A stretch of 64,000 nt of DNA from a virus (Duplodnaviria; Caudoviricetes), in the IMG/VR virus record IMGVR_UViG_3300031994_000089, positions 3,154-67,153 of that record; one strand, 5' to 3'. Shown here one piece after another: positions 1-9,515 of this stretch (position 1 is the stretch's first letter; each line of letters starts with the position of its first letter). The translations under genes and the position numbers were made by a program. Below the pieces are notes generated by a model. That model was given only the letters and a program-made list of their open reading frames with translations. It was not told the DNA's origin and did no database searches.

Positions 1-1
1 T

Positions 2-193
2 TCATACCCTGAAAGAAGATTTTCTTTAGGTGGAAGATCATATTCGTGGTGTGAAAATGATAGAGCACTGGATGATTTGGTAACTAGAGAAATTGAACCT
101 CTTAGTTGGAAAAGTGACAATGATAGTTATAAAAAGATTAGCTTGAATATGAATATTATTCATAGTTATATTTGTTCTATTATAAAGAAATAG
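2..193 (+). CDS. 3' end of a hypothetical protein running in from before the window
   Basis: Open frame from nt 2 (SYPERRFSLGGRSYSWCEND...) to TAG at 191-193. Confidence 0.6.
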   Translation, partial: SYPERRFSLGGRSYSWCENDRALDDLVTREIEPLSWKSDNDSYKKISLNMNIIHSYICSIIKK

Positions 194-226
194 AAAATTT
201 ATAAATACTGAAAATATGAGGATTAA

Positions 227-571
227 ATGATGATATTTGATAATAAAAGTTTAATATATGATAGCGACTATAATTCTATTATAGAATGGAGTGTTAGGCT
301 CCCTTCATTAATAGAAATATCTAATAGACATAGTAGAATATCTGTAACATCACTAAAATATGATTCAGGAGAATATCATATTAAGTTTATTGGTGCAAGA
401 TTCAAGAAAAATCGACTTAAAGGTGTTGGTGGTAGTCATTGCAAAATAAGACCAAATATTTCTATATTTAGTAAAAATTATTCAGAGAATCATTTAAATA
501 GAAAAAATTATTATTTAGACGGAATAGATTATTCTCGACCACCATTATTTTTGCGAAAAGATAAAAACTAA
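227..571 (+). CDS. hypothetical protein
   Basis: 114-aa ORF, GAGG upstream, no motif recognised. Confidence 0.5.
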   Translation: MMIFDNKSLIYDSDYNSIIEWSVRLPSLIEISNRHSRISVTSLKYDSGEYHIKFIGARFKKNRLKGVGGSHCKIRPNISIFSKNYSENHLNRKNYYLDGIDYSRPPLFLRKDKN

Positions 572-610
572 CCTATATTCGTATCAAAAATCATATTTTA
601 CATATATATC

Positions 611-624
611 AACTATTCTATAAT
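611..624 (+). promoter_or_regulatory. putative late/middle (nvRNAP) promoter AACT-N6-TAAT
   Basis: AACT-ATTCTA-TAAT upstream of recA; matches the recurring NAC[AT]-N6-TA motif. Confidence 0.4.
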
Positions 625-668
625 TCGGTAAAATAACTACTATTAAAATAGGAGGTATATATTAAAAT

Positions 669-1922
669 ATGGGATTACAAGATAAATTTAGAGAAAAAGT
701 TAGTAAATTGAAAACCGCTGGGGTCGGTTCAGTTGCAGAATTTGATGTATTATATTCTACTGGTTTTCTTTCTATTGATTATTTAAACGGAACAGTAGTT
801 CATGTAGAGTCGGAAGAAAGAACTTTTACATATAATTCTGTTGGTATTGTTGATGGATCAACTAATACAGTTATTGGTAGATCTGGTTCAGGAAAATCTA
901 CTTTAATAACTCAAATGGGTGGTAATATTATTAAACCGTTTATCAAAAAAGGATTGAGCACGGGAATATATATTGATGATATTGAAGGATCTCTTCCTCA
1001 GGTAAGAAAAGAATTTTTATTAGGATTAACTTCAGAAGAAATATCTGAATATGTAGAAGTTAGAAATTCTGGGATTACTACAGAAAATGTATTTCAAAGA
1101 ATACAGACTATTCATGATATAAAAGTTAATAATAGAAAAGAGTTCGAATATGATACTGGATTATTTGACACATATGGAAATAGAATATATAAATTGGTTC
1201 CAACTGTATATATGATAGATTCTTTGCCGATGTTACTTCCTGAGGATGTAACTGAAAAAGATGAATTATCTGGATCAATGACTGCATCTAGCATTGCAAA
1301 ATCTAATACACAATTATTCAAGAGAATATCTCAACTTTGTAAAGAGGCTAATATTATTCTATTTACTGTAAATCATATTCTTGATGAGATACAAATGGGA
1401 TTTATCCCGAAAGCTGCACAGATATCTGGTTTAAAACAAGGAGAAAGATTGCCTGGTGGTAAAGCTGCTATATATCTTGCAAATAATATGTTTAGAGCAG
1501 ACGATAGTCTTACTCTTAAAGCAGATAAAGATTTTGGTATAGATGGTTCTGTAGTTACAATTACTTTGGTTAAGTCTAGAACAAATGCAACCAAGAAAAC
1601 TGTACCGATGATATTTAATAAATCAGAAGGATGTTTTGATAATATTCTATCACTATTTATGCTTCTTAAAAATGAAGGCAAATTAAGCGGAGCAGGTGCA
1701 TATTTATTTTTAGATGAATGCCCAGATATTAAATTCTCACAGAGGAATTTTAAACAACAATTAGAAGATCATAAAGAATTAAGAGAAGCTTTTTCTAAGA
1801 AATGTTACGAAACATTGTGTACATTCTTATCAGATACAAAAAATAAACATTTTGAAGAGAATTCATTAGAAGATGATATATTAGATTCTATTACTAGTAT
1901 GGGAATGCCTAAAGAAAACTAG
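669..1922 (+). CDS. recA: RecA/UvsX-like recombinase (phiKZ-like jumbo phage type)
   Basis: Walker A GRSGSGKS, Walker B YMIDS, RecA-specific PGGKAAIY and VKSR segments; GGAGG RBS. Confidence 0.9.
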   Translation: MGLQDKFREKVSKLKTAGVGSVAEFDVLYSTGFLSIDYLNGTVVHVESEERTFTYNSVGIVDGSTNTVIGRSGSGKSTLITQMGGNIIKPFIKKGLSTGIYIDDIEGSLPQVRKEFLLGLTSEEISEYVEVRNSGITTENVFQRIQTIHDIKVNNRKEFEYDTGLFDTYGNRIYKLVPTVYMIDSLPMLLPEDVTEKDELSGSMTASSIAKSNTQLFKRISQLCKEANIILFTVNHILDEIQMGFIPKAAQISGLKQGERLPGGKAAIYLANNMFRADDSLTLKADKDFGIDGSVVTITLVKSRTNATKKTVPMIFNKSEGCFDNILSLFMLLKNEGKLSGAGAYLFLDECPDIKFSQRNFKQQLEDHKELREAFSKKCYETLCTFLSDTKNKHFEENSLEDDILDSITSMGMPKEN

Positions 1923-1924
1923 AA

Positions 1925-1936
1925 TAATATACTATA
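1925..1936 (+). promoter_or_regulatory. putative early (virion RNAP) promoter TAATATACTATA
   Basis: Same 12-mer at 5615 and 8010, variants upstream of many genes; resembles phiKZ early TATATTAC. Confidence 0.6.
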
Positions 1937-1959
1937 TAAATGGAAAGGAGAAGTATATT

Positions 1960-2175
1960 GTGTCAAAATCTGATAATTTTGAAATTGTAGGAACCATAAT
2001 AGATAAAGTCCCAGGTGGCAAATTTAAAGTTAAATTAGAAAATGATCATGAAACAATGTGTACTGTTAGCGGTAGAATTAGATTATCAAATATTAGATTG
2101 GTAGTTGGGGATAGTGTAAAAGTAAATATATCACCTTATGATATTAATAATGGAATAATAACTTGGAGAATATAA
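1960..2175 (+). CDS. infA: translation initiation factor IF-1
   Basis: GTG start with AAGGAG RBS; S1/OB pattern FKVKLENDH..SGRIR..IRLVVGDSVKVNISPYD..G.ITWR matches bacterial IF-1. Confidence 0.93.
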   Translation: MSKSDNFEIVGTIIDKVPGGKFKVKLENDHETMCTVSGRIRLSNIRLVVGDSVKVNISPYDINNGIITWRI

Positions 2176-2510
2176 TGATGGTATATATAACTCATGAAGA
2201 TAATATATTTTATAAATTTATAGATTCTAATATTATAAATTTGATAAAAGTTGGATCAAATAAAATAAAAGAACTCCACTATGTTGTTATTCCGTATTTG
2301 AAAAGGCATCCAACTTTATATAACAAATTCAAAGAATATATCAAATATAATTATAATGTAGATTGTTTGGATGATTTTCCAAAAGATTATTCAAAAGAAA
2401 AGTTTTTAAAAGCTAAAGAATCTAATAATTTACTATATCAAGTAATAAAAGTAGATACTAAAAACGAAACTATGGAAAAAATCACTACATATACAGTGTA
2501 CTATATGTAG
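2163..2510 (+). CDS. hypothetical protein
   Basis: 115-aa ORF overlapping infA stop. Confidence 0.6.
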   Translation: MENIMMVYITHEDNIFYKFIDSNIINLIKVGSNKIKELHYVVIPYLKRHPTLYNKFKEYIKYNYNVDCLDDFPKDYSKEKFLKAKESNNLLYQVIKVDTKNETMEKITTYTVYYM

Positions 2511-2528
2511 AGAAGGAGTGGTATTATA

Positions 2529-4748
2529 ATGGGTTCATTAAACTTTATTGAGCAGATGGAAGAAGTATCAGCTGGTATAAGTTCTCCTGAACAAATGTTA
2601 GGTAGAGGATTAAGGCAACCATTTAATGGATGTAATGCTGGTGCCAGAAAGATAATGTTTTCTACTCATAGCGATCATATATTACCTTTGATTACTTCAG
2701 AGAAAGCAATAATAGAAACTGGTTATGAGATTAGATTCGGCGATTATGCATCTTCTATTCTTAGAGCAGATGCAGATTATCAAGTTGTAGCAAAGATTAG
2801 CAAATTTAGTTTTGCTCCAGATCATCATTATTATCTTATATTAAAGAATATACATGAGAAAAAATTAGATGTGGTGGAGAGAATATCATATGAGCACATT
2901 ACAGAATCTTATGGTTATCTTTATAATAATGAAGTAATGGATAATCTTCAAGTTGGTGCTTATGTACCAAATGGAACTATACTTCAGAAGTCATTAGCAT
3001 TTGATGAATATAATAATAGAAAAGATGGTAGAAATTTTAATGTAGCATATATGGCTCTTGATGATAATATGGAAGATTCTATTATTATGTCACAGAATGC
3101 AGCTGATAAATTAGTGTCACCATTGATTAATGTTGTAAAAATTCCAATAAATGATAATGATATTCCTCTGAATATATATGGTGATGAAAATGTATATAAA
3201 GTAATACCAGATATTGGTGAAGATGTAAAAGATGCAAATCTTATAGGACTTAGAAAAGAGAAAAAAGAAGAAGCTTTATTCTCGCAATCTGTAGATAGAC
3301 TTAGAAAATTTACAATGTCAGATGAAAGAAGACAGGTTAGGGGAAAAGTTGTAGATGTAAATATATTCTGCAATAATCCAGATATATTAGATACTCATTA
3401 TTATGCCCAATTGAAATTATATTATAATGAATTAATGAGACAATCTACAGAGATTCATAAAGTATTATTACCTTATATATCCGAGGGATATGAACTATCT
3501 TATGAATTGCAGAAAATAAATACACTTGCTCAAAGAGTATGTGATCATGATCAATATATTGATAAGAGACCATTCTCTAATATAATTCTTGAAGTGGTAG
3601 TACTTGAAGATCTTCCAATGTTGGTAGGAGATAAAGCTGCTAATAGATATGGTGGTAAAGGTATTGTATCTAGTATATGGCCTAACGAATATATGCCTAG
3701 ATTCAAAAATGGTAGTGGAGATTATGAGCAAGTAGATGTAATCTTTAATTCATCTACAATGATTAATAGAGAAAATACTGGACAGTGTTTTGAGTTATCA
3801 TTAACGCATATTGGTGCAGCTATTATTGATGAGATAAAGAAGGGAGAATATTCTTTAGAAGAAGCCTATAACCTTATAAAGAAATATATATCATTCTGTT
3901 CTCCTGAGCAAGCAGAAGCACTAGAACAATATAGAAAGAATTCTTCACCAGAGGATTTAATGTTCTTTATTGAATCTATTATAAATGATGGAGCTATACA
4001 TTTATCTATGAGACCTATCACTGATACTATGACTATAGATAAATTAAACGAGATATATAAAGCATTTCCATTCGTTAAACAGAATGAATTAGAGGTTGCC
4101 ATACAAGCATCCAATGGAGAGACTAGATATGTTAAATCTAGAAAGAGGGTTGTGGTTGGTAAACAATATATTTATAGACTTAAGCAATTCGCTGAAGAGA
4201 AATTCTCGGCAACTTCATTAAGTGCAACTAATATAAGAAATGAGAATACTAAGTCTAAAGCTAGAAAAGATTTCAAAGAATTATATCCTAATACTCCTAT
4301 TAGATTTGGTAATATGGAGACTAATAATATGAATCATATTGGTGCGGATGCTGTTATAACTAATATGATGATACATAGTTTGTCTCCTCAGGGAAGAAGA
4401 CTTGTAGAAAAAATGTATACTGAAGATCCGTTTAAAATTGATATTAAACTTGATTCTAATAGTAAGAATAGATCTGCGGAGATCGCAGCTACTTATCTTA
4501 AAACTATTGGTAGAAGAATTGCATTCATTAAAACCAAGAAAGTTAAGAAAAAGATTACTGTATCAGGTGTATATTTTGATAAAGATCCTATTACTTATCC
4601 TATTAGTTTTGTTCCAGAATCTGAAAGAGAAGGATTTGATTATGAGCAAGATTTTAAAGATAGAGAAAAGAAATTTAAATCTGCTAAATATAAAAAGGCA
4701 ATATCGCCATTCTTATTTGATGGTATAGATACTAGAAGAAAAGAATAA
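2529..4748 (+). CDS. rpoB: multisubunit RNA polymerase beta subunit, C-terminal half (probably non-virion RNAP)
   Basis: GDKAANRYGGKGIVS (beta GDKxxGRHGNKG), QPFNGCNAGARKIMF, VDVIFN, GKQYIYRLKQ, PIRFGNME motifs. Confidence 0.92.
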   Translation: MGSLNFIEQMEEVSAGISSPEQMLGRGLRQPFNGCNAGARKIMFSTHSDHILPLITSEKAIIETGYEIRFGDYASSILRADADYQVVAKISKFSFAPDHHYYLILKNIHEKKLDVVERISYEHITESYGYLYNNEVMDNLQVGAYVPNGTILQKSLAFDEYNNRKDGRNFNVAYMALDDNMEDSIIMSQNAADKLVSPLINVVKIPINDNDIPLNIYGDENVYKVIPDIGEDVKDANLIGLRKEKKEEALFSQSVDRLRKFTMSDERRQVRGKVVDVNIFCNNPDILDTHYYAQLKLYYNELMRQSTEIHKVLLPYISEGYELSYELQKINTLAQRVCDHDQYIDKRPFSNIILEVVVLEDLPMLVGDKAANRYGGKGIVSSIWPNEYMPRFKNGSGDYEQVDVIFNSSTMINRENTGQCFELSLTHIGAAIIDEIKKGEYSLEEAYNLIKKYISFCSPEQAEALEQYRKNSSPEDLMFFIESIINDGAIHLSMRPITDTMTIDKLNEIYKAFPFVKQNELEVAIQASNGETRYVKSRKRVVVGKQYIYRLKQFAEEKFSATSLSATNIRNENTKSKARKDFKELYPNTPIRFGNMETNNMNHIGADAVITNMMIHSLSPQGRRLVEKMYTEDPFKIDIKLDSNSKNRSAEIAATYLKTIGRRIAFIKTKKVKKKITVSGVYFDKDPITYPISFVPESEREGFDYEQDFKDREKKFKSAKYKKAISPFLFDGIDTRRKE

Positions 4749-4749
4749 G

Positions 4750-4777
4750 AATTGGGAGGATTTTATTCCTCCCAATT
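4750..4777 (+). terminator. intrinsic terminator hairpin
   Basis: AATTGGGAGGA / TCCTCCCAATT inverted repeat after rpoB-C stop. Confidence 0.7.
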
Positions 4778-4820
4778 ATATTCGTATTAATTTGTAATAA
4801 TATATTATGATTATAAGGAG

Positions 4821-5165
4821 GTGATAAATATAATAAAAATGAGATTTATAAAGAAAAACAAATTATCTATAAAAGATATATCTAAGCATTATATGGATAG
4901 AAGTCTAATATTTGATAGTAATGCTCCTTGGGTATTCTTTGATACTCCTTATGTGCCGGAAGATATAGATGAAACTAAACCCTTTAAAGTTATTCATAAT
5001 AGGAGCCATTCTAGATATAATAATTATTTAAGCCAAGATGGGATGTATTTAGATTTTGAATCATTCTTCAAAAGAGGTTTACATGATAGATCGGTTAAAT
5101 CTCATTATAAATATACAATTATATCTCGTTCTTATAATAAAAAAGGAATATTGACGTTAAAATAA
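4821..5165 (+). CDS. hypothetical protein
   Basis: GTG start after AAGGAGG; early-type TAATATATTATG at 4798-4809. Confidence 0.55.
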   Translation: MINIIKMRFIKKNKLSIKDISKHYMDRSLIFDSNAPWVFFDTPYVPEDIDETKPFKVIHNRSHSRYNNYLSQDGMYLDFESFFKRGLHDRSVKSHYKYTIISRSYNKKGILTLK

Positions 5166-5182
5166 TTAGTTATAGGAATATA

Positions 5183-5524
5183 ATGATGATGATTAAAAAG
5201 AAGAAAATTAATATAAATGATAAAACAATAAAAACGTGTAGTTTATTACATAATTCGAGAGAAATCCTCAGTGTTTTAAATTGTCCCTTTGCCGACCCAA
5301 CATTATATTTTTCTCAAATAAGATTTTTTATAGGACTTTCCCAAAATTATAAAAACTTATTATCTAGTGGTTTACATATATACGAGGAAACAAAACTTAA
5401 AAGTGGCGAAGGTATAAAATTTTCTCATAAATATGATATAACTGATCGTGATATAAGTTTCATAAGTGAAAGTAATCATATAGAAAAAAGTATATATGCT
5501 ATTGATAGATTATCGCTAAAATAA
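5183..5524 (+). CDS. hypothetical protein
   Basis: 113-aa ORF with AGGA RBS. Confidence 0.5.
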   Translation: MMMIKKKKININDKTIKTCSLLHNSREILSVLNCPFADPTLYFSQIRFFIGLSQNYKNLLSSGLHIYEETKLKSGEGIKFSHKYDITDRDISFISESNHIEKSIYAIDRLSLK

Positions 5525-5644
5525 ATTTATTATAAGGGGAAATGATATGATTGGGGCAAAATTTTTCCAGATATTATTCCAGATTATAATTTATTACCTT
5601 AAGATTATTTATAATAATATACTATAAATAAGAAAGGAGGCGAA

Positions 5645-8008
5645 ATGGAAAAAGAATTTGTAATAAATTTATTTAATGAATTATGTTTAGGAAACGGAAG
5701 TGTAATCAACGATTCTAATATTAATAGATTAAACAAGATTGCAATGGATATTTATAATAAATCTGAATTATCTTCAGATGAAATAGAAACATTAAAATAT
5801 CTGATCATGTCTTGTAATATCTTATATAATAGAACCGATATGATTATACTTCCGATTGAAGATGGCTTCTATGATTTGCTTTTTGAGAAATATAAGACTT
5901 ATGATGCTAATTTTCAAGTTGGATCTGCAGTTGTAGAGTTTAAACAAAGTTTTGTTAATGATCAATCTGATATAAAAATAGCATCGCAGCCAATAAGTTT
6001 TGTACAACAACCAAAAAGGAATGAAATTAGAGAAGAGATTTATAATGAATTAACTCTAAATGGAAAACCGAGACTTAATAGAAATGATTTTCATGTTTCT
6101 CCTATATCATTTGATCAAGAAGCTGTCAGCAAAAGGAAACATAATACAATTCATAATCATCCAGACTTGGTTGGAACTCTAGATAAATGTAAGTTCGTAT
6201 TAAATCAAGACGCAATAAATGCGGGATGTTTTGATGATTCTAATGTAAAGATATTGGAAAGAGATTTCTTTCAAGATCATATTGAAAAGGGAATCATTAA
6301 AAGTAATCAAGAAATCGAAATCGTATGTGAATTAAAATATGATGGAATTTCTGTAGAAGCGGATTGTGGACTTGAATTAATATCTGCAAGAACTAGAGGA
6401 GATACTGGTATTGGTGCAGCAGCCGATATAACACCAATATTACAAGGATATCCGTTTAGACAAGCTGGAGCTATGATAGGTGAAGAGCCTCTTGGAGTTA
6501 AATTTGAAGCTATAATTACAAAATCTAATCTTGAAACCTTTAATCAATTAAGGGAAAAGAATTATCGTAATTGTAGAACTGCAATAGTTGGTTTATTTGG
6601 TGCTAGCGATGGTTATATGTTTAGAGATCTAATAACATTGGTACCATTAGCTGTAGATAGAGATCAGACACCATGGATTAATAATAGATTGGAAGAAATA
6701 CATTTTATAAATAGTCTATTTAGATCGCATGGGGAACCGTTAAGATATTGTTATTTTAAAGGAACAGTTCAAGAAGTATTATATTATATAAAACAATTCC
6801 TAGATGAAGCTAAAACTTGTAGAGATTATTTGAATTTTATGTATGATGGAATAGTGGTATCATACTTGGATGAGAATATTAGACATAAATTGGGAAGAAA
6901 GAATTATATAAATAAATATTCTATGGCTGTTAAGTTTGATCCTTTAGAGAAACAAACTATTGTAAGGGGTATAACTTATGAAGTTGGACAACATGGTCAA
7001 GTAACTCCAATGATACATTATGATCCAGTAGAATTTATAGGAACTATTCATACTAAATCTACAGGATCTAGTTTAAAAAGATTTAATGAATTGAATTTAA
7101 AGTATGGAGACTATATAAATGTCACATATATAAACGATGTAATGCCTTATGTAAGCAGTTTAGATTGTGAGCATAATAGAAACAACCCAAATGAAAGATT
7201 TGAATTTACGAAAGTATGCCCAATATGTGGTACAGAATTAGTTACTTCTAGCTCTGGAGATACAGCTATTTGTCCAAATAGAGAATGTCCAGCAAGAAAC
7301 CAGAAACGTATGGTTAATATGTTTAGTAAATTGAATATCAAAGGGTTCGCAGAAGCATCATTTAATTCAATAAAAGATATACAGAATTTCTACCAATTAT
7401 ATGACTATAATTTAGATTATTATGTAAATAAATTAGGTGGAGCAGATGGAAGAACTTTTTATAGTAATCTTCAAGATCTAAAGAATAATAAGATAAAAGA
7501 TTATATATTTATGGGCTCATTAGGATTTACAGGAATAGCTCATAAGAAATGGAAAAATATCTTTGAAAATATAACTTTAAAAGAATTATATTATTTATGG
7601 GAAACATCTGACAGTGCAGAAAGTTTCAATATATCAATTTCACATGTAATATCTGAAGGTGTAACTAAAGAAGTTATCGTAGAAGAGTTTCCATTATATG
7701 CTAAAGATATCAAATTCATATTAGATAACAACATGATTATAGATACTAAAGGAAATCTTAATAATAAAAAACAAATAAGATTTTCTGGAGTTAGAAATTT
7801 ACAATTAATGGAACTATTAAATACCAAGGGATATGATGCTGATGAGGGATCGGTAACCAAGAAAACAGATATATTATTAGTTCCATACGAAGGATTTAGT
7901 AGTGGCAAGGTGATAAAAGCCTTAAAACAAGATAATACAGTAATAGTTCCAATAAATGAGTTTATGGAAAATACTGAAAAATATTTAGGTGAGGTAATTA
8001 TAGTTTAA
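5645..8008 (+). CDS. ligA: NAD-dependent DNA ligase
   Basis: ELKYDG adenylation motif, TRGD, YDGIV, AVKF, VGQHGQVTP, Zn finger CPICG..CPNREC, BRCT-like VTKKTDILL. Confidence 0.95.
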   Translation: MEKEFVINLFNELCLGNGSVINDSNINRLNKIAMDIYNKSELSSDEIETLKYLIMSCNILYNRTDMIILPIEDGFYDLLFEKYKTYDANFQVGSAVVEFKQSFVNDQSDIKIASQPISFVQQPKRNEIREEIYNELTLNGKPRLNRNDFHVSPISFDQEAVSKRKHNTIHNHPDLVGTLDKCKFVLNQDAINAGCFDDSNVKILERDFFQDHIEKGIIKSNQEIEIVCELKYDGISVEADCGLELISARTRGDTGIGAAADITPILQGYPFRQAGAMIGEEPLGVKFEAIITKSNLETFNQLREKNYRNCRTAIVGLFGASDGYMFRDLITLVPLAVDRDQTPWINNRLEEIHFINSLFRSHGEPLRYCYFKGTVQEVLYYIKQFLDEAKTCRDYLNFMYDGIVVSYLDENIRHKLGRKNYINKYSMAVKFDPLEKQTIVRGITYEVGQHGQVTPMIHYDPVEFIGTIHTKSTGSSLKRFNELNLKYGDYINVTYINDVMPYVSSLDCEHNRNNPNERFEFTKVCPICGTELVTSSSGDTAICPNRECPARNQKRMVNMFSKLNIKGFAEASFNSIKDIQNFYQLYDYNLDYYVNKLGGADGRTFYSNLQDLKNNKIKDYIFMGSLGFTGIAHKKWKNIFENITLKELYYLWETSDSAESFNISISHVISEGVTKEVIVEEFPLYAKDIKFILDNNMIIDTKGNLNNKKQIRFSGVRNLQLMELLNTKGYDADEGSVTKKTDILLVPYEGFSSGKVIKALKQDNTVIVPINEFMENTEKYLGEVIIV

Positions 8009-8064
8009 ATAATATACTATAATTGTGTATAAACAAAATAAATTTATTTTAGGAGGATATTAAA

Positions 8065-8658
8065 ATGGAATTCAATAGTACTAATTTAGCTCACAACATT
8101 TCAAGTGGTCTGTATAATGAGAAAGGATATGATGTAGCTGAAACTCATATCGAGAAGTTATATTATACTCTGTTTTATGGAGTAGCTGGAGTTCTCAAGG
8201 ATAATATGTCTAAAGAGGCACCAACATCATTCCTGATCACAGAAGTTACAGGTAAGCCAATTGCAGCAGCAACTGTTGAATATTTTGATGGTGAAGGAGA
8301 TAATCCTGGAAACTGGAGCCTTGTTTGGACATTTAATCCTAATGAAATCCCTAGCAATGCTATAAAAATTGATCTTCAGAATGATCTTACACATTCATAT
8401 TTTAGAGAGATTGCAGGTAATAAATATGGAATGAGGTTTAGGGATAAGTCAGCAATCGTTGTTCTAATGACATATATTACCGAGCAGCTTTATAAGTGGC
8501 TTGATGAGAATGCAAAAGAAGGTGAAGTAGTAGAGATAGAGCTCGATAATATCTTTACAGCAAAAGTAGAAGTAGTAGATGGCGTAAAAGTATTTGCGAT
8601 AGATCCTGCCGGAGAGGTTAAAACAATAATCAAAGATGACTCATCAATTGAGAAGTAA
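8065..8658 (+). CDS. conserved hypothetical protein, C-terminus weakly HU/IHF-like
   Basis: VEIELDNIFTAKVEV..VFAIDPAGEVKTIIK loosely resembles an armless HU core; early promoter 8010-8021. Confidence 0.4.
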   Translation: MEFNSTNLAHNISSGLYNEKGYDVAETHIEKLYYTLFYGVAGVLKDNMSKEAPTSFLITEVTGKPIAAATVEYFDGEGDNPGNWSLVWTFNPNEIPSNAIKIDLQNDLTHSYFREIAGNKYGMRFRDKSAIVVLMTYITEQLYKWLDENAKEGEVVEIELDNIFTAKVEVVDGVKVFAIDPAGEVKTIIKDDSSIEK

Positions 8659-8746
8659 TTGATTAGATGATATTTAACTGCGGAGGGATATATCGATATG
8701 ATATTAAACCCCTCTGCAGTTATTTTTTATTAATAAGGAGAATTCT

Positions 8747-9463
8747 ATGGATATTAGATTAAATAATTCTGTATCCTCTGCAATGATTAAAGGAGAAACC
8801 TATAATGTGTTAACACATGAAGAATATAGAAATTCCCAATCATTGTGGGATATTGGAAATATTGCTGTGGTTGAGGAAAAAGGAGAAGATAAGTATGTTC
8901 TGCCATATAGAGGACAGTATATCGAAGGAAAGAGTACTCAACCAGGAATATATTCAGATGGTTCTCTAGATTTTGAGATATATCCTAAAGCTCATGACGA
9001 GGAGAATTATAAAAATATTCCTATTATTACTATTTCGTCAAATGACGATATTCAAAGCATTATAGAAAAAGAAAATGTTTTGAGTAAATTAGCTGAACCT
9101 TGGATAATAAATCCCGACAATGTTACTCAAATCAATATTAAAGATACAGATGAACCTGGGATGCAATGTTTGAAAACAGCTATTAATTCTAAGAGATGTG
9201 ATATTGATAAATATAGCCAAAGATTTGGTCAGAATTTTCCAAATGATAAGAGGCAATTAAAGAACTCTTCTGTTACATTGAAAATTATTGATAGATATTG
9301 TGAGAATCTTGATATGGAAGCTATATTAACAATACGAAATAAAGAACCAGGGGTACCAAACCCAATGCAACATCCTGTAAGTATTTCGTTAACTACTGGA
9401 GAATTTATTAATATGAATTTTGACGACGATGATGATGAATCATCTGATGAAGATGATTTTTAA
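8747..9463 (+). CDS. hypothetical protein with possible C-terminal HTH and acidic tail
   Basis: KTAINSKRCDIDKYSQRFG..NDKRQL..VTLKIIDRYCENL looks Cro-like; poly-D/E tail. Confidence 0.5.
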   Translation: MDIRLNNSVSSAMIKGETYNVLTHEEYRNSQSLWDIGNIAVVEEKGEDKYVLPYRGQYIEGKSTQPGIYSDGSLDFEIYPKAHDEENYKNIPIITISSNDDIQSIIEKENVLSKLAEPWIINPDNVTQINIKDTDEPGMQCLKTAINSKRCDIDKYSQRFGQNFPNDKRQLKNSSVTLKIIDRYCENLDMEAILTIRNKEPGVPNPMQHPVSISLTTGEFINMNFDDDDDESSDEDDF

Positions 9464-9481
9464 AATTCATTCAGGATGTTA

Positions 9482-9493
9482 TAATATATTATA
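9482..9493 (+). promoter_or_regulatory. putative early promoter TAATATATTATA
   Basis: Motif directly upstream of the RBS of the nvRNAP beta-N gene. Confidence 0.6.
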
Positions 9494-9515
9494 ATTGGGA
9501 GGTATAATAACAATT

